From positions 480,001-544,000 of the forward strand of contig CAVTET010000003.1 in NCBI GenBank assembly GCA_963733675.1: a stretch of 64,000 nucleotides of DNA. The letters run 5' to 3'. Origin of the DNA: an uncultured Methanosarcinaceae archaeon (GTDB lineage: Archaea > Halobacteriota > Methanosarcinia > Methanosarcinales > Methanosarcinaceae). Below, in pieces: positions 1-11,187 of this stretch. Position 1 is the first letter of the stretch, and each line of letters begins with the position of its first letter. The translations under genes were made by a program, and so were the position numbers. The notes under the pieces were generated by a model, which was not told where the DNA came from, did not search any database, and was given only the letters and a program-made list of their open reading frames with translations.

Positions 1-398
1 TTTTGGCTGCCATATTATGTATTAAAAAGTCTCCAAAAAACATATTAATACGCTGGTTTATGATAGCTGACTAATTTAGAAACCGCATAGCTAGAGTGTA
101 GGAAACAATGAAATCAGATGCCAGAATCCGGTAAATAATGGTATATTAACTAAGTTATATTAATTTCTTGGCTAGATTGTATACACACTACTTCAAGTGA
201 CATAAATATTCAGGTAATTTATCTGTCAGATAGTATGATATAGTAGAAATGTATTTCCAAGATGAGTTGCCAGATGAATTTTGGAGATATACTTCATCTG
301 AATATTGAGAATATCTAGAAGGTTCCATACTAATAAATCAACGTTATATTTTATTATCAATATATCCACTTAATCAGGTATAAAAAGCTGAGAAAAAA

Positions 399-1175
399 AT
401 GGATCCACAATACAGAGCAAACGGAACCTCCTCTACAGAGGATGCATTGGGAATGTCATCTGCTTCTTGCGTCCCGGGCGATACTGAAGAACCCCTTATG
501 GCCCACTTATTTGAGCTTAGGGATCGTCTGGCAATTGTTTTAATCTGGCTCTTCCTGGGAGTCATTGTTGCTTATCCATTTTCGGCAAAAGGGATGGTGC
601 TAATCTGGAAGGAGTTCATGAACCCTATTGTAAACATGACAGCGTACTCACCTCTTGAATGGATGCTCGCTCGCCTCCAGCTATCCCTAGTCTTTGCGCT
701 GGCAATCTCAGTCCCCCAGCTTTTCTTTCAGCTATACAGATTTGCAGGTAAAGGACTTTATCCTAATGAGAGGAGCTTTTTTCTCAAGGTTATCCCTGTA
801 TCTTTCCTACTCTTTATCTTAGGAGCTGCAATAGGCTACTTTTTAGTCCTTCCTGCAATGTTCAAATATATTCTTTTCTACTCCGGAGAGATGGCTACAG
901 CGCAGCTTTCCGTCCAGGGTACCCTCTCAGCTGTGACAACAATTCTATCAGGTTTCGGGATAGTATTCCAGCTTCCCCTTTTAGTGATCTTTGCCGTAAA
1001 AATGGGGCTAGTAAAGTACCAGACCCTCAAAAAGCAGAGGCTATTAGTCTACAGTGCAATTATCGCGTTTTCCCTTTTTCTTTCTCCTGATCCAACTTTC
1101 ATTGCCCAGATTGTTGTAATGCTTTTACTGGTAGTTCTGTTCGAGTTCAGCCTATTTCTGATCTGGCTCTTTTGA
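399..1175 (+). CDS. tatC: Sec-independent protein translocase subunit TatC
   Basis: 258 aa; EPLMAHLFELRDRL, GLYPNER, GIVFQLP and SPDP motifs; about 6 TM helices; next to tatA genes. Confidence 0.95.
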   Translation: MDPQYRANGTSSTEDALGMSSASCVPGDTEEPLMAHLFELRDRLAIVLIWLFLGVIVAYPFSAKGMVLIWKEFMNPIVNMTAYSPLEWMLARLQLSLVFALAISVPQLFFQLYRFAGKGLYPNERSFFLKVIPVSFLLFILGAAIGYFLVLPAMFKYILFYSGEMATAQLSVQGTLSAVTTILSGFGIVFQLPLLVIFAVKMGLVKYQTLKKQRLLVYSAIIAFSLFLSPDPTFIAQIVVMLLLVVLFEFSLFLIWLF

Positions 1176-1204
1176 ATACAAATTTGTCGATTTGAGAAAT
1201 TCGA

Positions 1205-1236
1205 TTTTATTAAAAAAGCAGGCTTTTTTAATAAAA
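1205..1236. terminator. Perfect palindrome between tatC and tatA (hairpin, terminator or operator)
   Basis: TTTTATTAAAAAAGC-AG-GCTTTTTTAATAAAA, 15-bp perfect arms, 30 bp after the tatC stop. Confidence 0.45.
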
Positions 1237-1304
1237 TTTCCGGATAGGTTTGTCTGCCAATTATTTTCCAAGAACTTTTATATTTGAACGCTATAATAAC
1301 AATA

Positions 1305-1592
1305 ATGATAGGATATACCGAATTGATCGTAATCCTGATTGCTGCTCTCTTCCTATTCGGGCCACAGAAGCTTCCAGAGCTTGCGCGATCTCTCGGGAGT
1401 GCAGTAGGGGAGTTTAAAAAAGCACAGCGTGCTAGTGAGATGCAACTGACGGAATTCGATGCCTACACTCAGAAAGCCGAAAACAAAATAACTCCCAATG
1501 ATAAAGTGGAGGTAAAAGAGAAATATGAAACTAACCTCCATGAAAAAGAGGGAAATGAAAAAAAAGAAATTGAAAATAACATAAAGCAATAA
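1305..1592 (+). CDS. tatA: Twin-arginine translocase TatA/E subunit
   Basis: MIGYTELIVILIAALFLFGPQKLPELARSLGSAVGEFKKA; ATG at 1305 preferred to the TTG at 1284. Confidence 0.93.
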   Translation: MIGYTELIVILIAALFLFGPQKLPELARSLGSAVGEFKKAQRASEMQLTEFDAYTQKAENKITPNDKVEVKEKYETNLHEKEGNEKKEIENNIKQ

Positions 1593-1739
1593 ATTAAAAA
1601 ATAGGTGTTGTCAACCAGTTACAGAAAATAATGAGCATATTAATCTCTTTGTTTCCTCCAACTAGTGGCCAGTATTCGTTTTTCATAATCTATCGATGAT
1701 TCATAGACACGCCAAAAATCAAATAAGGAAAAGACATTA

Positions 1740-1826
1740 AAGGGATTTATCAATAAACCCTTAATTTTGTACTTGCTTATAAATAGTGGGTAAATAGCTT
1801 GTGAAAATCAGACGTTTATCGAAAGC
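1740..1826 (+). repeat. Degenerate copy of ~95-bp MITE-like palindromic repeat (family M)
   Basis: agggatttatcaataaacccttaatttt...aaaatcagacgtttatcgaaa resembles 18412-18508. Confidence 0.55.
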
Positions 1827-2117
1827 AGATTGAAGAAATTCATCTAAAATGGGGAAAATTCCAGAATAACTCGAATTCTGGGATAAAGCTAAAATGAAAA
1901 TTTATTACGACGGAAAAGTAAAAATTTACATATAAAAGATTATATGGTATAAAATATTGCTGAATAATAACTCAAAATAAGATACTTCAAAAATAGGAAC
2001 TACATTTAACTAAAAAAATGTTAATATACCTTGAAGGTATGCACGCTTTTCAGATTAGAAATAAATTGTCTAAATCATTTAAATTATTTAAGAAAACGAA
2101 ATATTTGAGGTCAAGCT

Positions 2118-2426
2118 ATGATCGGATCAACTGAACTTATAGTGATTTTTGGAGTAATTATACTTCTTTTTGGGGCAAACAAACTTCCAGAACTGGCTCG
2201 ATCCATGGGAAGTTCCATGGGAGAATTCAAAAAAGCCCAGACGGAATCCGAAAGAAATCTGAAGGAGTTCGAAAAATCTTTAAGTGAACCCATAACTTTA
2301 AAGAAGACCAAATTACAGGAAACAGCTGAAAAGCTCGGAATTGATATAAAGGATAAAACTGATGACCAACTCCTTGACGAAATCCAGAGATCCGCTGAGA
2401 AGCCAAAGGAAGTTTCTGAACCCTGA
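2118..2426 (+). CDS. tatA: Twin-arginine translocase TatA/E subunit (second paralog)
   Basis: MIGSTELIVIFGVIILLFGANKLPELARSMGSSMGEFKKA. Confidence 0.93.
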   Translation: MIGSTELIVIFGVIILLFGANKLPELARSMGSSMGEFKKAQTESERNLKEFEKSLSEPITLKKTKLQETAEKLGIDIKDKTDDQLLDEIQRSAEKPKEVSEP

Positions 2427-2487
2427 GAAATGTGGGAGAGTAGGCTTCTTTTTTCTTTTAACGGTATTTTATTTAGCTTTAATTGTT

Positions 2488-2550
2488 TATACCGACATTC
2501 CACAGATGTACACAGGTGTATAATTTATTTGCCAGTTCCCCACTGTTATT
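2488..2550 (-). repeat. Dispersed ~60-bp repeat (family B)
   Basis: Reverse complement ...ggcaaataaattatacacctgtgtacatctgtggaatgtcgg matches 17393-17455; related copies near 29163 and 44903. Confidence 0.6.
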
Positions 2551-4071
2551 AATTAGAAGTTAGATTAATTTTTAAACCACTGTCATATTGAGAGAGTATA
2601 TAGTATTCTTGTTCACATCTGCGAAGGTGGGTCTAGAGCAGCTTTTCTTATTTATTCGAACCGAAATTATTTCTATCCTCAACTGAAGTGAGATGAAGAA
2701 ATACATTTATTTTGGGAAAAATATTTGTATCTATGGTTAAAGGAATCAAAACTATGTGATAGATTATCAGCCTATAGTTATGAATAAAGTTGTTTAATTA
2801 CAACTCTTTTTATATCCTTTAAGGGATGAATGACACAACTTCGGACCAAGGTACTAAATACAAACTCACCTTAAAAAGAAGCGATACTTTAGAGGGTATA
2901 ACGAAAAAAGACAGATTTGAGGATTCATTCCCTCCCTAAAGGACTGTGCATTCGTAATCATCCGTAATTCAGAAGTAAGAGAGAAAGGCAGATAAAACAG
3001 ATCCTTGAGGAGAGTAAGATACGTAGTGAATAATATATAATAAATAATCTCCCACAAAAGATTATTTAGAATATTGTTATTGATACCAAGTATCACTAAA
3101 GAACAAAAATGGAAAAGAGATTTGAATTTTGGTTTTGTAGTTTTTGGAGTCAAATGATTTCCAAAGGATGTCAGAGTGGTTTACAGAAGAAGATTGCTAT
3201 TGAATCATTATACAGGATAGGAAATATATTTAAACCAAGAACTTTATCTAAAAATACTAATATCATATATTTTATGCTATGATATCTCTCCTATTCAAAA
3301 ACATATGGTTATATTTCAAAAAAAAATATTTTACGTTTATCGAACGAGGACCTAATTCATAGATGAAAAAAAGTTCAGATTTGATGTATTTGTACTTTTC
3401 ATCGAGGAATGGCTGAGACGACATTCAAAGGTTGGATAGTAGAGTGTATAAGGTAAATGGATGGAGTAAAAGTATGGAATAAATTTTAGTGAAGTACTGA
3501 AGATTCTCTCCAGAAATGTATTTTCCTATAGGAATATAGTTTGACTTAACAAAGTATTCTGGTATTTTTACCATGTACAATAAATAAAAGTGAATATATA
3601 ATTCACTATAGACTTTAGAGGGCAATGTGAATAAGTCAAATCCTGCTTTGCAGAATTCAAATTTCGTAACTAGTCAGCTTTCACAAAAGTGGTTTGAGAT
3701 ATATGTTTTGATGCAATATGATACTTCTGGATTACTAACTCATGAGATAATAAAATAAATGATCAATAGCTGACAGTTAAAGAAAATTAGTCAACCTAAA
3801 TTTGCTTAGTAAATCTTAGTAAAGAGGATATTGGAATTTTTACTCAGATTGAATAGTTATATAATTTTATTCAAAACTTTTATATCTTCGAACAAATGAT
3901 ATAGAAGTATTGAAGATCCAGAAATACATTCTTTCAAGCAATCTATTCTCATCATCATCTTTAATTCATCGCAGCAGAAAGATTGATAATGGTCAAAACT
4001 GAAATTACTTATTCTCAGGAAAAGGATCTTACTACAACTTTCATATCTCATTTCAGGAGTTAATATATTTT

Positions 4072-5505
4072 ATGGACGAATTTGTATCCGAATCCACAGA
4101 AAGCGTTGTTTCTGTCGAGAAGTCTAAACTTTCTGATAATTCAATTGGAATGCCTGAAGAAACTGAGGTTTCTGTTCCAGTACTCACAGTAAAACCAGAA
4201 AAGATTGAAGAGAGGCTTGATGATAGCTCTGAAATTCTTTCAGAACATCTTCCTGAGTCAGCTTCGGAAATTTCAATTTCTTCAAGTACAAAATCTCTAG
4301 ATGGCCACCAATGTGAGTCTCATGTTTCAAAAATCGTGCTCATAGGTACAGCCCACGTTTCAGAGAGGAGCATTGCCGATGTTAAGACTGTTATTAGGAA
4401 TCTGAAACCAGATATTGTAGCTGTTGAGCTATGCAGAGGACGTTATGATTCTCTAGAGGGAAATGAGCAAGAAGACCAGCTTTTGATTAAGGAACTTCTT
4501 TCTGGCGGGAAGATCTATTACTATTTTATTCACTGGTTACTTGCCCAATTGCAGAAAAAAATAGGGGAGGATATGAAAGTAAAACCCGGTGCTGAGATGC
4601 TTTTAGCGATGGAGGAAGCAGAGTCTATCTCGGCTAAGGTTGCTTTGATTGACCGAGAAATTCAAGTGACTCTTCAGCGTTTTTGGGGAAAGATGAAGTT
4701 CTTGGAAAAAATAAGAATGATCGGCTCACTTCTAGGTGGCCTTATAGAGATTGGAAAAGGTACCGATATCGATATAGATCATATTACAGAACCGGATTTT
4801 GTAGCTGAACTTGTTAGTGAGCTCAGAGGCTTTGCCCCTACTGCAGCCAGTGTTCTAATTGATGAAAGAGATGCATATCTTGCAGGAAATATCATTAAAG
4901 CTGCTGATGGCGGAAACAAAACTGTCGTTGTGGTAATAGGAGCAGGGCACAAAGTCGGGGTGATGAACTATCTGAAAAATCCAAAAGATATTCCTCCCCT
5001 GGATACTCTCGTGGAAATTCCGAAGAAAAGCTTTGGCATTAGTAAAATAATTGGCTTTATTTTTGTTGGCCTTATAGTTGCATTTTTTTTATTAATGCTT
5101 CTTTCTGGCATCTCACTTAAACTTTTTTTGATAGCTTTTGTATGTTGGTTCATCGTCACCGGAATCCTGAGCGCCTTGGGTACTTTGCTTGCCGGAGGCC
5201 ATCGTAACTCTGTTCTGACTTCCTTTTTGGTTGCATGGATAACAACTCCACATGCAGGTTGGTTTGCTGGCCTGGTGGAAGCAAAATACCAAAATCCTAA
5301 AGCATCGGATATAAAAGCTCTGTTAGCAGTAGAATCTGTCAGTGAAATATTCAAAAATAGGATAATGAGGATCCTTCTTGTCGCTAGCTTCGCGAATATG
5401 GGAAGCATAGCTGGCGCTTTGCTTGGAGGTTATGTCATAATGCAGATTACAGGGATTGATCCCAGGGATATTCTCTCTGCTGGTTTAAAGACTCTTGGAT
5501 TCTGA
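4072..5505 (+). CDS. traB: TraB/GumN (PrgY, pheromone-shutdown-like) family protein
   Basis: LIGTAHVS, VAVELC..R, PGAEM, LIDERDAYLA and VIGAGH motifs plus C-terminal TM region. Confidence 0.9.
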   Translation: MDEFVSESTESVVSVEKSKLSDNSIGMPEETEVSVPVLTVKPEKIEERLDDSSEILSEHLPESASEISISSSTKSLDGHQCESHVSKIVLIGTAHVSERSIADVKTVIRNLKPDIVAVELCRGRYDSLEGNEQEDQLLIKELLSGGKIYYYFIHWLLAQLQKKIGEDMKVKPGAEMLLAMEEAESISAKVALIDREIQVTLQRFWGKMKFLEKIRMIGSLLGGLIEIGKGTDIDIDHITEPDFVAELVSELRGFAPTAASVLIDERDAYLAGNIIKAADGGNKTVVVVIGAGHKVGVMNYLKNPKDIPPLDTLVEIPKKSFGISKIIGFIFVGLIVAFFLLMLLSGISLKLFLIAFVCWFIVTGILSALGTLLAGGHRNSVLTSFLVAWITTPHAGWFAGLVEAKYQNPKASDIKALLAVESVSEIFKNRIMRILLVASFANMGSIAGALLGGYVIMQITGIDPRDILSAGLKTLGF

Positions 5506-5636
5506 TAGCTCTAGAAATTTCTCTAGCCAAACAATATTTCATGAAGTCTCAGAAGAAATCCATGGAAGACAATTTTCCATTGTATTTCAGATCTTTATGT
5601 TCCTATATCAATTTGCTGTACAAATAAATTATTTTG

Positions 5637-6491
5637 GGTTCCGTTGCAAAAAATCCAAAAAAATATGTAAATCTATAAGTGATTAATAAAAATCAAAATA
5701 TCCAAGAAAAATGTACTAACATTATAAAACTATACCAAATAATTGATTAATGTATTTGACTTCATCAAAACCAAAGTAATTTAAATCATTTACTTGTTCT
5801 TTTTTGATCATATTTATAGCTTCAATTCCTTTTAAAGTCTTATTAGCAAATCGAAAAGACTGAAATCCTAACATTGGATTAACGATTCTCTTTATAGATC
5901 TGTGATCTTGTTCTATAATGTTATTCAAATACTTGATTTGTCGAATGCCTACGTTTTTAGGTAGTATTTTATCAATTTTTAGTTTATCTATAGCAGGTGG
6001 ATAAGCTGGATTCTTATCAACTGTTATTAATCTTGGAATTTGATTATGATTAGAACTTAAAGCTTTCTTAAAGAATCTCTTCGCTGCCTTTCTATCTCGT
6101 TTTGAACTTAACATGAAATCAATTGTATCTCCATTTGAATCAACTGCTCGGTAAAAATATTTCCATTTACCTTTTACTTTGATATAGGTTTCATCAACTC
6201 TCCATGAATCATTTGTTGGTCTTAAATGTCTTCTTATCTTCTTTTCTATTTCAGGGGAATATTGATGCACCCATCTCATTATAGTACTGTGATCAACTTG
6301 AATTCCTCTTTCTATCATCATTCCCTTTAAATTTGTATAGTTCGATGGATATTTTAAGTGCCATCTCACATTCAATAGAATAATTTCTCCTTCATAATGC
6401 TTCCATTTAAAGGAATTAGATAGCATATTACCATCTTTGGTTTTCTTTTTATTCTATTGTATCATTAGAAAGGATTTTTTGCAACGGAACC
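5637..6491 (-). mobile_element. IS6-family element, copy A (855 bp)
   Basis: Terminal IRs GGTTCCGTTGCAAAAAA; DDE transposase inside. Confidence 0.95.
5722..6426 (-). CDS. IS6-family transposase
   Basis: WRVDETYIKVKGKW, ITVDK and NNIIEQDHR DDE motifs. Confidence 0.95.
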   Translation of the reverse strand: MLSNSFKWKHYEGEIILLNVRWHLKYPSNYTNLKGMMIERGIQVDHSTIMRWVHQYSPEIEKKIRRHLRPTNDSWRVDETYIKVKGKWKYFYRAVDSNGDTIDFMLSSKRDRKAAKRFFKKALSSNHNQIPRLITVDKNPAYPPAIDKLKIDKILPKNVGIRQIKYLNNIIEQDHRSIKRIVNPMLGFQSFRFANKTLKGIEAINMIKKEQVNDLNYFGFDEVKYINQLFGIVL

Positions 6492-7244
6492 ATACTTCTT
6501 ACTCGGAATACATACAAACGACAATTATGAACTAATATACCGAAGTTTTGAAAGAATTTCGATGAAAGAAATCATACTTTTGAGTGGTTTGATTTTAGGT
6601 CTTCCGTTTTTTTCTATGTTTATTGTGTAGATCAAAGATTCAGCACACAATTCTCAAATTCAATTCCGCATTATCATCAACTGACTTGGATAAGCACCTA
6701 TATACTACATATATGCATATTTACTCTTTGTTTGTATCAGTTATTAGTATATAAGCCCAGTATCGGAATATTGCAAAAGATAGAAGAATATTCTGACGAA
6801 ATATTTTTAGTTCATGCATTTTTTCATAATTCCTTTACTGTATCCATATTTCCCAGACTTTCTATTTTTCCGACAAGCTTAAATTTTTACATCATCTTAT
6901 TTACAGTAATGCTAAGAATGAGTTATTTTACAGTGAAACTAATGCTAAGAAACCGCTTTACAACTTATATGTTCACAGGAAAATTAAAACCGGATCAGCA
7001 CTCAACTCAGCGCTTTTAAGAAGAATCGTTTTTCGTTTTTAGAAAACGTTAATAAGTCTTATTTTTACTAGACATTCAATCCTAAGCCGCCTGAACAGAT
7101 TAAAACAGCTAATAATTGATATAGCAGAACACTTGATTATTTTATATTTTCATTACAAGAGTTTCTACCAAGGCCTTTTCATAAATGTAATAATAAGAGA
7201 TTATTTTTTGTTAACGTTAAACCGACAAGAGTTAAAAAAACTTA

Positions 7245-7263
7245 ATATATATATATATATATA
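7245..7263 (+). repeat. (AT)9 dinucleotide tract just upstream of the acyltransferase
   Basis: atatatatatatatatata ends about 20 bp before ATG 7283. Confidence 0.8.
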
Positions 7264-7282
7264 AATACAGTTAGGTGGTTTT

Positions 7283-8170
7283 ATGAGCAAGAATCGAATT
7301 ATGATGTTCGATGTGCTGCGGATTGTAGCAATAATGATGGTCGTCTTAGGCCATGTAGGTTGGTTTTATGATGTAGCGCAACAGTCCTTTGGAATACCCG
7401 AAATGTACTCTATAGGTTTATATGAAGATATTGGGGGGTGGGGAGTATTCATATTTATTCTGATAAGTGGAGCTACTTTAGAATATACATATGGAACTAA
7501 AATCCATAGCCCAGTAAATAATTTTGATGCGAAAGGCTTTATGAAAAAAAGGCTTATCAGGATTTATCCGGTGTATCTATTTACTGTTTTACTTGCAGTG
7601 GTATTCGGTGATGGAATACTTTCAAATTTAAAATGGTTCGAGCTCGTAATGACAATCACCGGATTTTATCCTGCCTTCACACTAGCTGGTGTTCCCACAA
7701 CTACATGGAGTGGCACTATTGATCCCATTGGGTGGTTCATAGGAACCATCGTATGTCTTTACTTTATGTATCCCTGTTTATCAAAATTTTTGAAAGAGAA
7801 TAGTATATCAGGTCTCTTCATAATATTTTTAGTTGCCATGTTCGTTAGAATAACCATACCTCAAGGATTCGGAGGGAGAAGTTGGTATTGGTTCCCATTG
7901 TCCAGAATGTTAGAATTTTCGTTAGGGATATATATTGTCCAGGATGGATATTATATAAAAACCATAAACGATTCAATCCTGATAAAGTTTTTTAGCGACT
8001 TATGTTTTCCAATATTTCTTGTGCATTTTTTTCTGCAGGAAATCTTGTGGAAAATCCCAAACACGTATAATCTGAATACAATTACATATGTATTCGTTAC
8101 TATGATCATTGCATATATCGTTTATCTCATGGATCCACATATCAAATCGATAATTGAAAAATACATTTAA
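7283..8170 (+). CDS. Acyltransferase family 3 (OafA-like) membrane protein
   Basis: FDVLRIVAIMMVVLGH, GVFIFILISG and KKRLIRIYP motifs; multi-TM. Confidence 0.9.
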   Translation: MSKNRIMMFDVLRIVAIMMVVLGHVGWFYDVAQQSFGIPEMYSIGLYEDIGGWGVFIFILISGATLEYTYGTKIHSPVNNFDAKGFMKKRLIRIYPVYLFTVLLAVVFGDGILSNLKWFELVMTITGFYPAFTLAGVPTTTWSGTIDPIGWFIGTIVCLYFMYPCLSKFLKENSISGLFIIFLVAMFVRITIPQGFGGRSWYWFPLSRMLEFSLGIYIVQDGYYIKTINDSILIKFFSDLCFPIFLVHFFLQEILWKIPNTYNLNTITYVFVTMIIAYIVYLMDPHIKSIIEKYI

Positions 8171-8214
8171 AAGGTTACTTTAAAGCAACAAGCTGGATCA
8201 AAGATGGGAATCAG

Positions 8215-9068
8215 GGTTCCGTTGTAAAAATCCTTTCTAATGATACAATAGGATAAAAAGAAAACCAAAGATGGTAATATGCTATCTAATTCCTTTAAAT
8301 GGAAGCATTATGAAGGAGAAATTATTCTATTGAATGTGAGATGGCACTTAAAATATCCATCGAACTATACAAATTTAAAGGGAATGATGATAGAAAGAGG
8401 AATTCAAGTTGATCACAGTACTATAATGAGATGGGTGCATCAATATTCCCCTGAAATAGAAAAGAAGATAAGAAGACATTTAAGACCAACAAATGATTCA
8501 TGGAGAGTTGATGAAACCTATATCAAAGTAAAAGGTAAATGGAAATATTTTTACCGAGCAGTTGATTCAAATGGAGATACAATTGATTTCATGTTAAGTT
8601 CAAAACGAGATAGAAAGGCAGCGAAGAGATTCTTTAAGAAAGCTTTAAGTTCTAATCATAATCAAATTCCAAGATTAATAACAGTTGATAAGAATCCAGC
8701 TTATCCACCTGCTATAGATAAACTAAAAATTGATAAAATACTACCTAAAAACGTAGGCATTCGACAAATCAAGTATTTGAATAACATTATAGAACAAGAT
8801 CACAGATCTATAAAGAGAATCGTTAATCCAATGTTAGGATTTCAGTCTTTTCGATTTGCTAATAAGACTTTAAAAGGAATTGAAGCTATAAATATGATCA
8901 AAAAAGAACAAGTAAATGATTTAAATTACTTTGGTTTTGATGAAGTCAAATACATTAATCAATTATTTGGTATAGTTTTATAATGTTAGTACATTTTTCT
9001 TGGATATTTTGATTTTTATTAATCACTTATAGATTTACATATTTTTTTGGATTTTTTGCAACGGAACC
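8215..9068 (+). mobile_element. IS6-family element, copy B
   Basis: IRs GGTTCCGTTG(T/C)AAAAA; transposase protein identical to copy A, opposite orientation. Confidence 0.95.
8279..8983 (+). CDS. IS6-family transposase
   Basis: Same 234-aa sequence as 5722-6426. Confidence 0.95.
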   Translation: MLSNSFKWKHYEGEIILLNVRWHLKYPSNYTNLKGMMIERGIQVDHSTIMRWVHQYSPEIEKKIRRHLRPTNDSWRVDETYIKVKGKWKYFYRAVDSNGDTIDFMLSSKRDRKAAKRFFKKALSSNHNQIPRLITVDKNPAYPPAIDKLKIDKILPKNVGIRQIKYLNNIIEQDHRSIKRIVNPMLGFQSFRFANKTLKGIEAINMIKKEQVNDLNYFGFDEVKYINQLFGIVL

Positions 9069-9711
9069 GCATATGTTGTATAAAAGAAAAAAATACAATA
9101 AATCCGAAAAACATAAAATAAGTGTTATTGTCAAAAATTAAAAAGAGAACACTTTTTTGTTTTTTGGAAACTTGTTAATATCTTCTGAAATCGCCAAAAT
9201 TTACTATTAATTCAGCTGGCAATTGACGACAATTATTCAAAAACTCAGAAAATATTAAAAATCTTTACTTTTGCATTATTACTATCATCAGCTTAAAAAG
9301 AAGGGCATGATGACCCTCGAAGATGCAGAAGTTTCTATTTACAAGCCAAATGGCAAAATTAAGGTGAAGTCAGCGGTACATCTTGTAGGTATAGGCATAG
9401 ATTAGCGGTGCATTTTTGGACAATGTTACTAGGAATGTTTTTCTGGATGTGTAAGCTTTGAATAATAATGAGTGCCATAAATCATGAGATTCTGCTCCTT
9501 TTTTTGTTAGCCTCAAAATGAATAGGAGACGAAGCACTAGAGAGACTAAACAAGTTCAAAACGACGAGAATACACACAAATACCCACATTTCTTTCATAT
9601 GATGACCTAAAGCTTAAAGCCAGTTTTGGTGCAGGTGAATAACTAAGATGTTGTAACCAAATTATATGATACATTGTTTATGGAGTTGAGAACATAACTA
9701 ATCCAAATTTT

Positions 9712-10056
9712 ATGTCAGTAAGCACGCTCAAAGGACACGATGTTGTTAATCCAGCTAAAGAGGGTCTAGGAAAGATCGAAGACCTAATGATTGATTTGGA
9801 AAATGATAGAATATCGTATGCAGTACTTTCTTTTGGTGGGTTCCTTGGTATGGGTAATAAATGGTTTGCTATTCCGTAGAGAGCTCTTGAATTGAAGCTC
9901 TATGAGCACACATTAATAATCACCCTTAATGCCGATCAGGAGGTCCTTAAAAAAGCAGAAGGCTTTGATAAGGATAATTTACCTCTAACTCATGAGGAGC
10001 TATTTACAGTATATAATCACTATGGCTATGAGCCTTACTGGCAAACAAATAGGTAG
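9712..10056 (+). pseudogene. PRC-barrel domain protein with an in-frame TAG
   Basis: MSVSTLKGHDVVN..LGKIEDLMIDLENDRISYAVLSFGGFLGMGNKWFAIP*RAL...YNHYGYEPYW; TAG at 9877-9879 where Trp is expected; absent from the ORF track. Confidence 0.85.
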
Positions 10057-11187
10057 GAACAAACAGGATTTTCAATATAGATATATCATAAAAGATCAAT
10101 GTTTGATACTCATTTCCAACATGTCCAAGGAAGAAGAGGACAAGCTGCGCGCTCCCTTTGCCGAAGAACACTCAACCGGAAAAAAATTAGGTTTTACCAG
10201 GGAATAAACTATCTTGAAACTACTTTTATTTTTTCCAGAATTGATAATCAGGTAATGAATTATTTTCCAAAGGTATGACTAACGTTTGGAAAACTTTTTT
10301 TCTATGCTCTTCTGAGAACCTATGACGTTTTTCAAAAATCTCAGTGTTTCGAAATCGATCGTGATTGTCAAATTCAATTTTCATATCCATTGTCTGCTGC
10401 TGCATTATAAATAATTTCGATAAACATCCGATTTCAACAAATTGTTTATATACGTTTTATATGTGACCAGTCAAAAATTGGAATTTATTGAAATATTCTC
10501 TATTAATTTGAAGTTTTTTATTTTCTGGATTTTTGATTGCTTTAAATATTGTGTATTAAAGTCGTGATAGTTTTAGGGATGTACTTCGTATTGAATCAAA
10601 AAAAATATTAGAAATAATTACACATTACTTATTTAATATTAAAATGTTGTTTGCTATGATAATTTGATATGTGGAGCTAATTTTTGTTCATGTACATTTT
10701 TTCGCATAAAAAATTAGAAATAAAGTATATGGATATTATATTTTAAAACTTATATCTAATTTTTGTAGCTAATATCGAATTAAGCAAGAGCAAGCAGATC
10801 AAAAAAGAGTTGTTCGGAAGATGTTGTTCTGGAAATATTGTCGCTCAGGTTATATACCTTTGGAGTTTGGATCAGGAACATGAACCTTCGGGCTTTCTTC
10901 AAATCATTTATTCATTTGTATTCGAACAAGGAATACTGTTAACGTTAAAGCGACTACTGAAATAAATAATTACTGAGATGATCCGTCCATCCTGAGATAG
11001 GTTTAGCGGAGATAGGTTTACAAAAAGCGTATTAGAAGTAATACATTATTTATAATTTTTCATAAAAAGTAATAAATTTTATATAGATTATATCCTACTT
11101 GAATACTATAAACAGATAACGTGTCATTTGCTCACTGAGGAATGAAATTAAATTATGCAAGTGTGGAGGGATCAATTGAATAAGCAA

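Noticed and set aside
2915-2955. ATTCATTCCCTCCCTAAAGGA resembling an IS200/IS605 end hairpin
   Set aside because: Too short and degenerate, with no tnpA or tnpB remnant nearby
5629-9076. Target-site duplications for IS6 copies A and B (also checked for E and F)
   Set aside because: The 8-bp flanks do not match directly or as reverse complements; E matches only 6/8
10100-10207. SNMSKEEEDKLRAPFAEE resembling a DUF1269 C-terminus
   Set aside because: About 20 residues only; insufficient evidence
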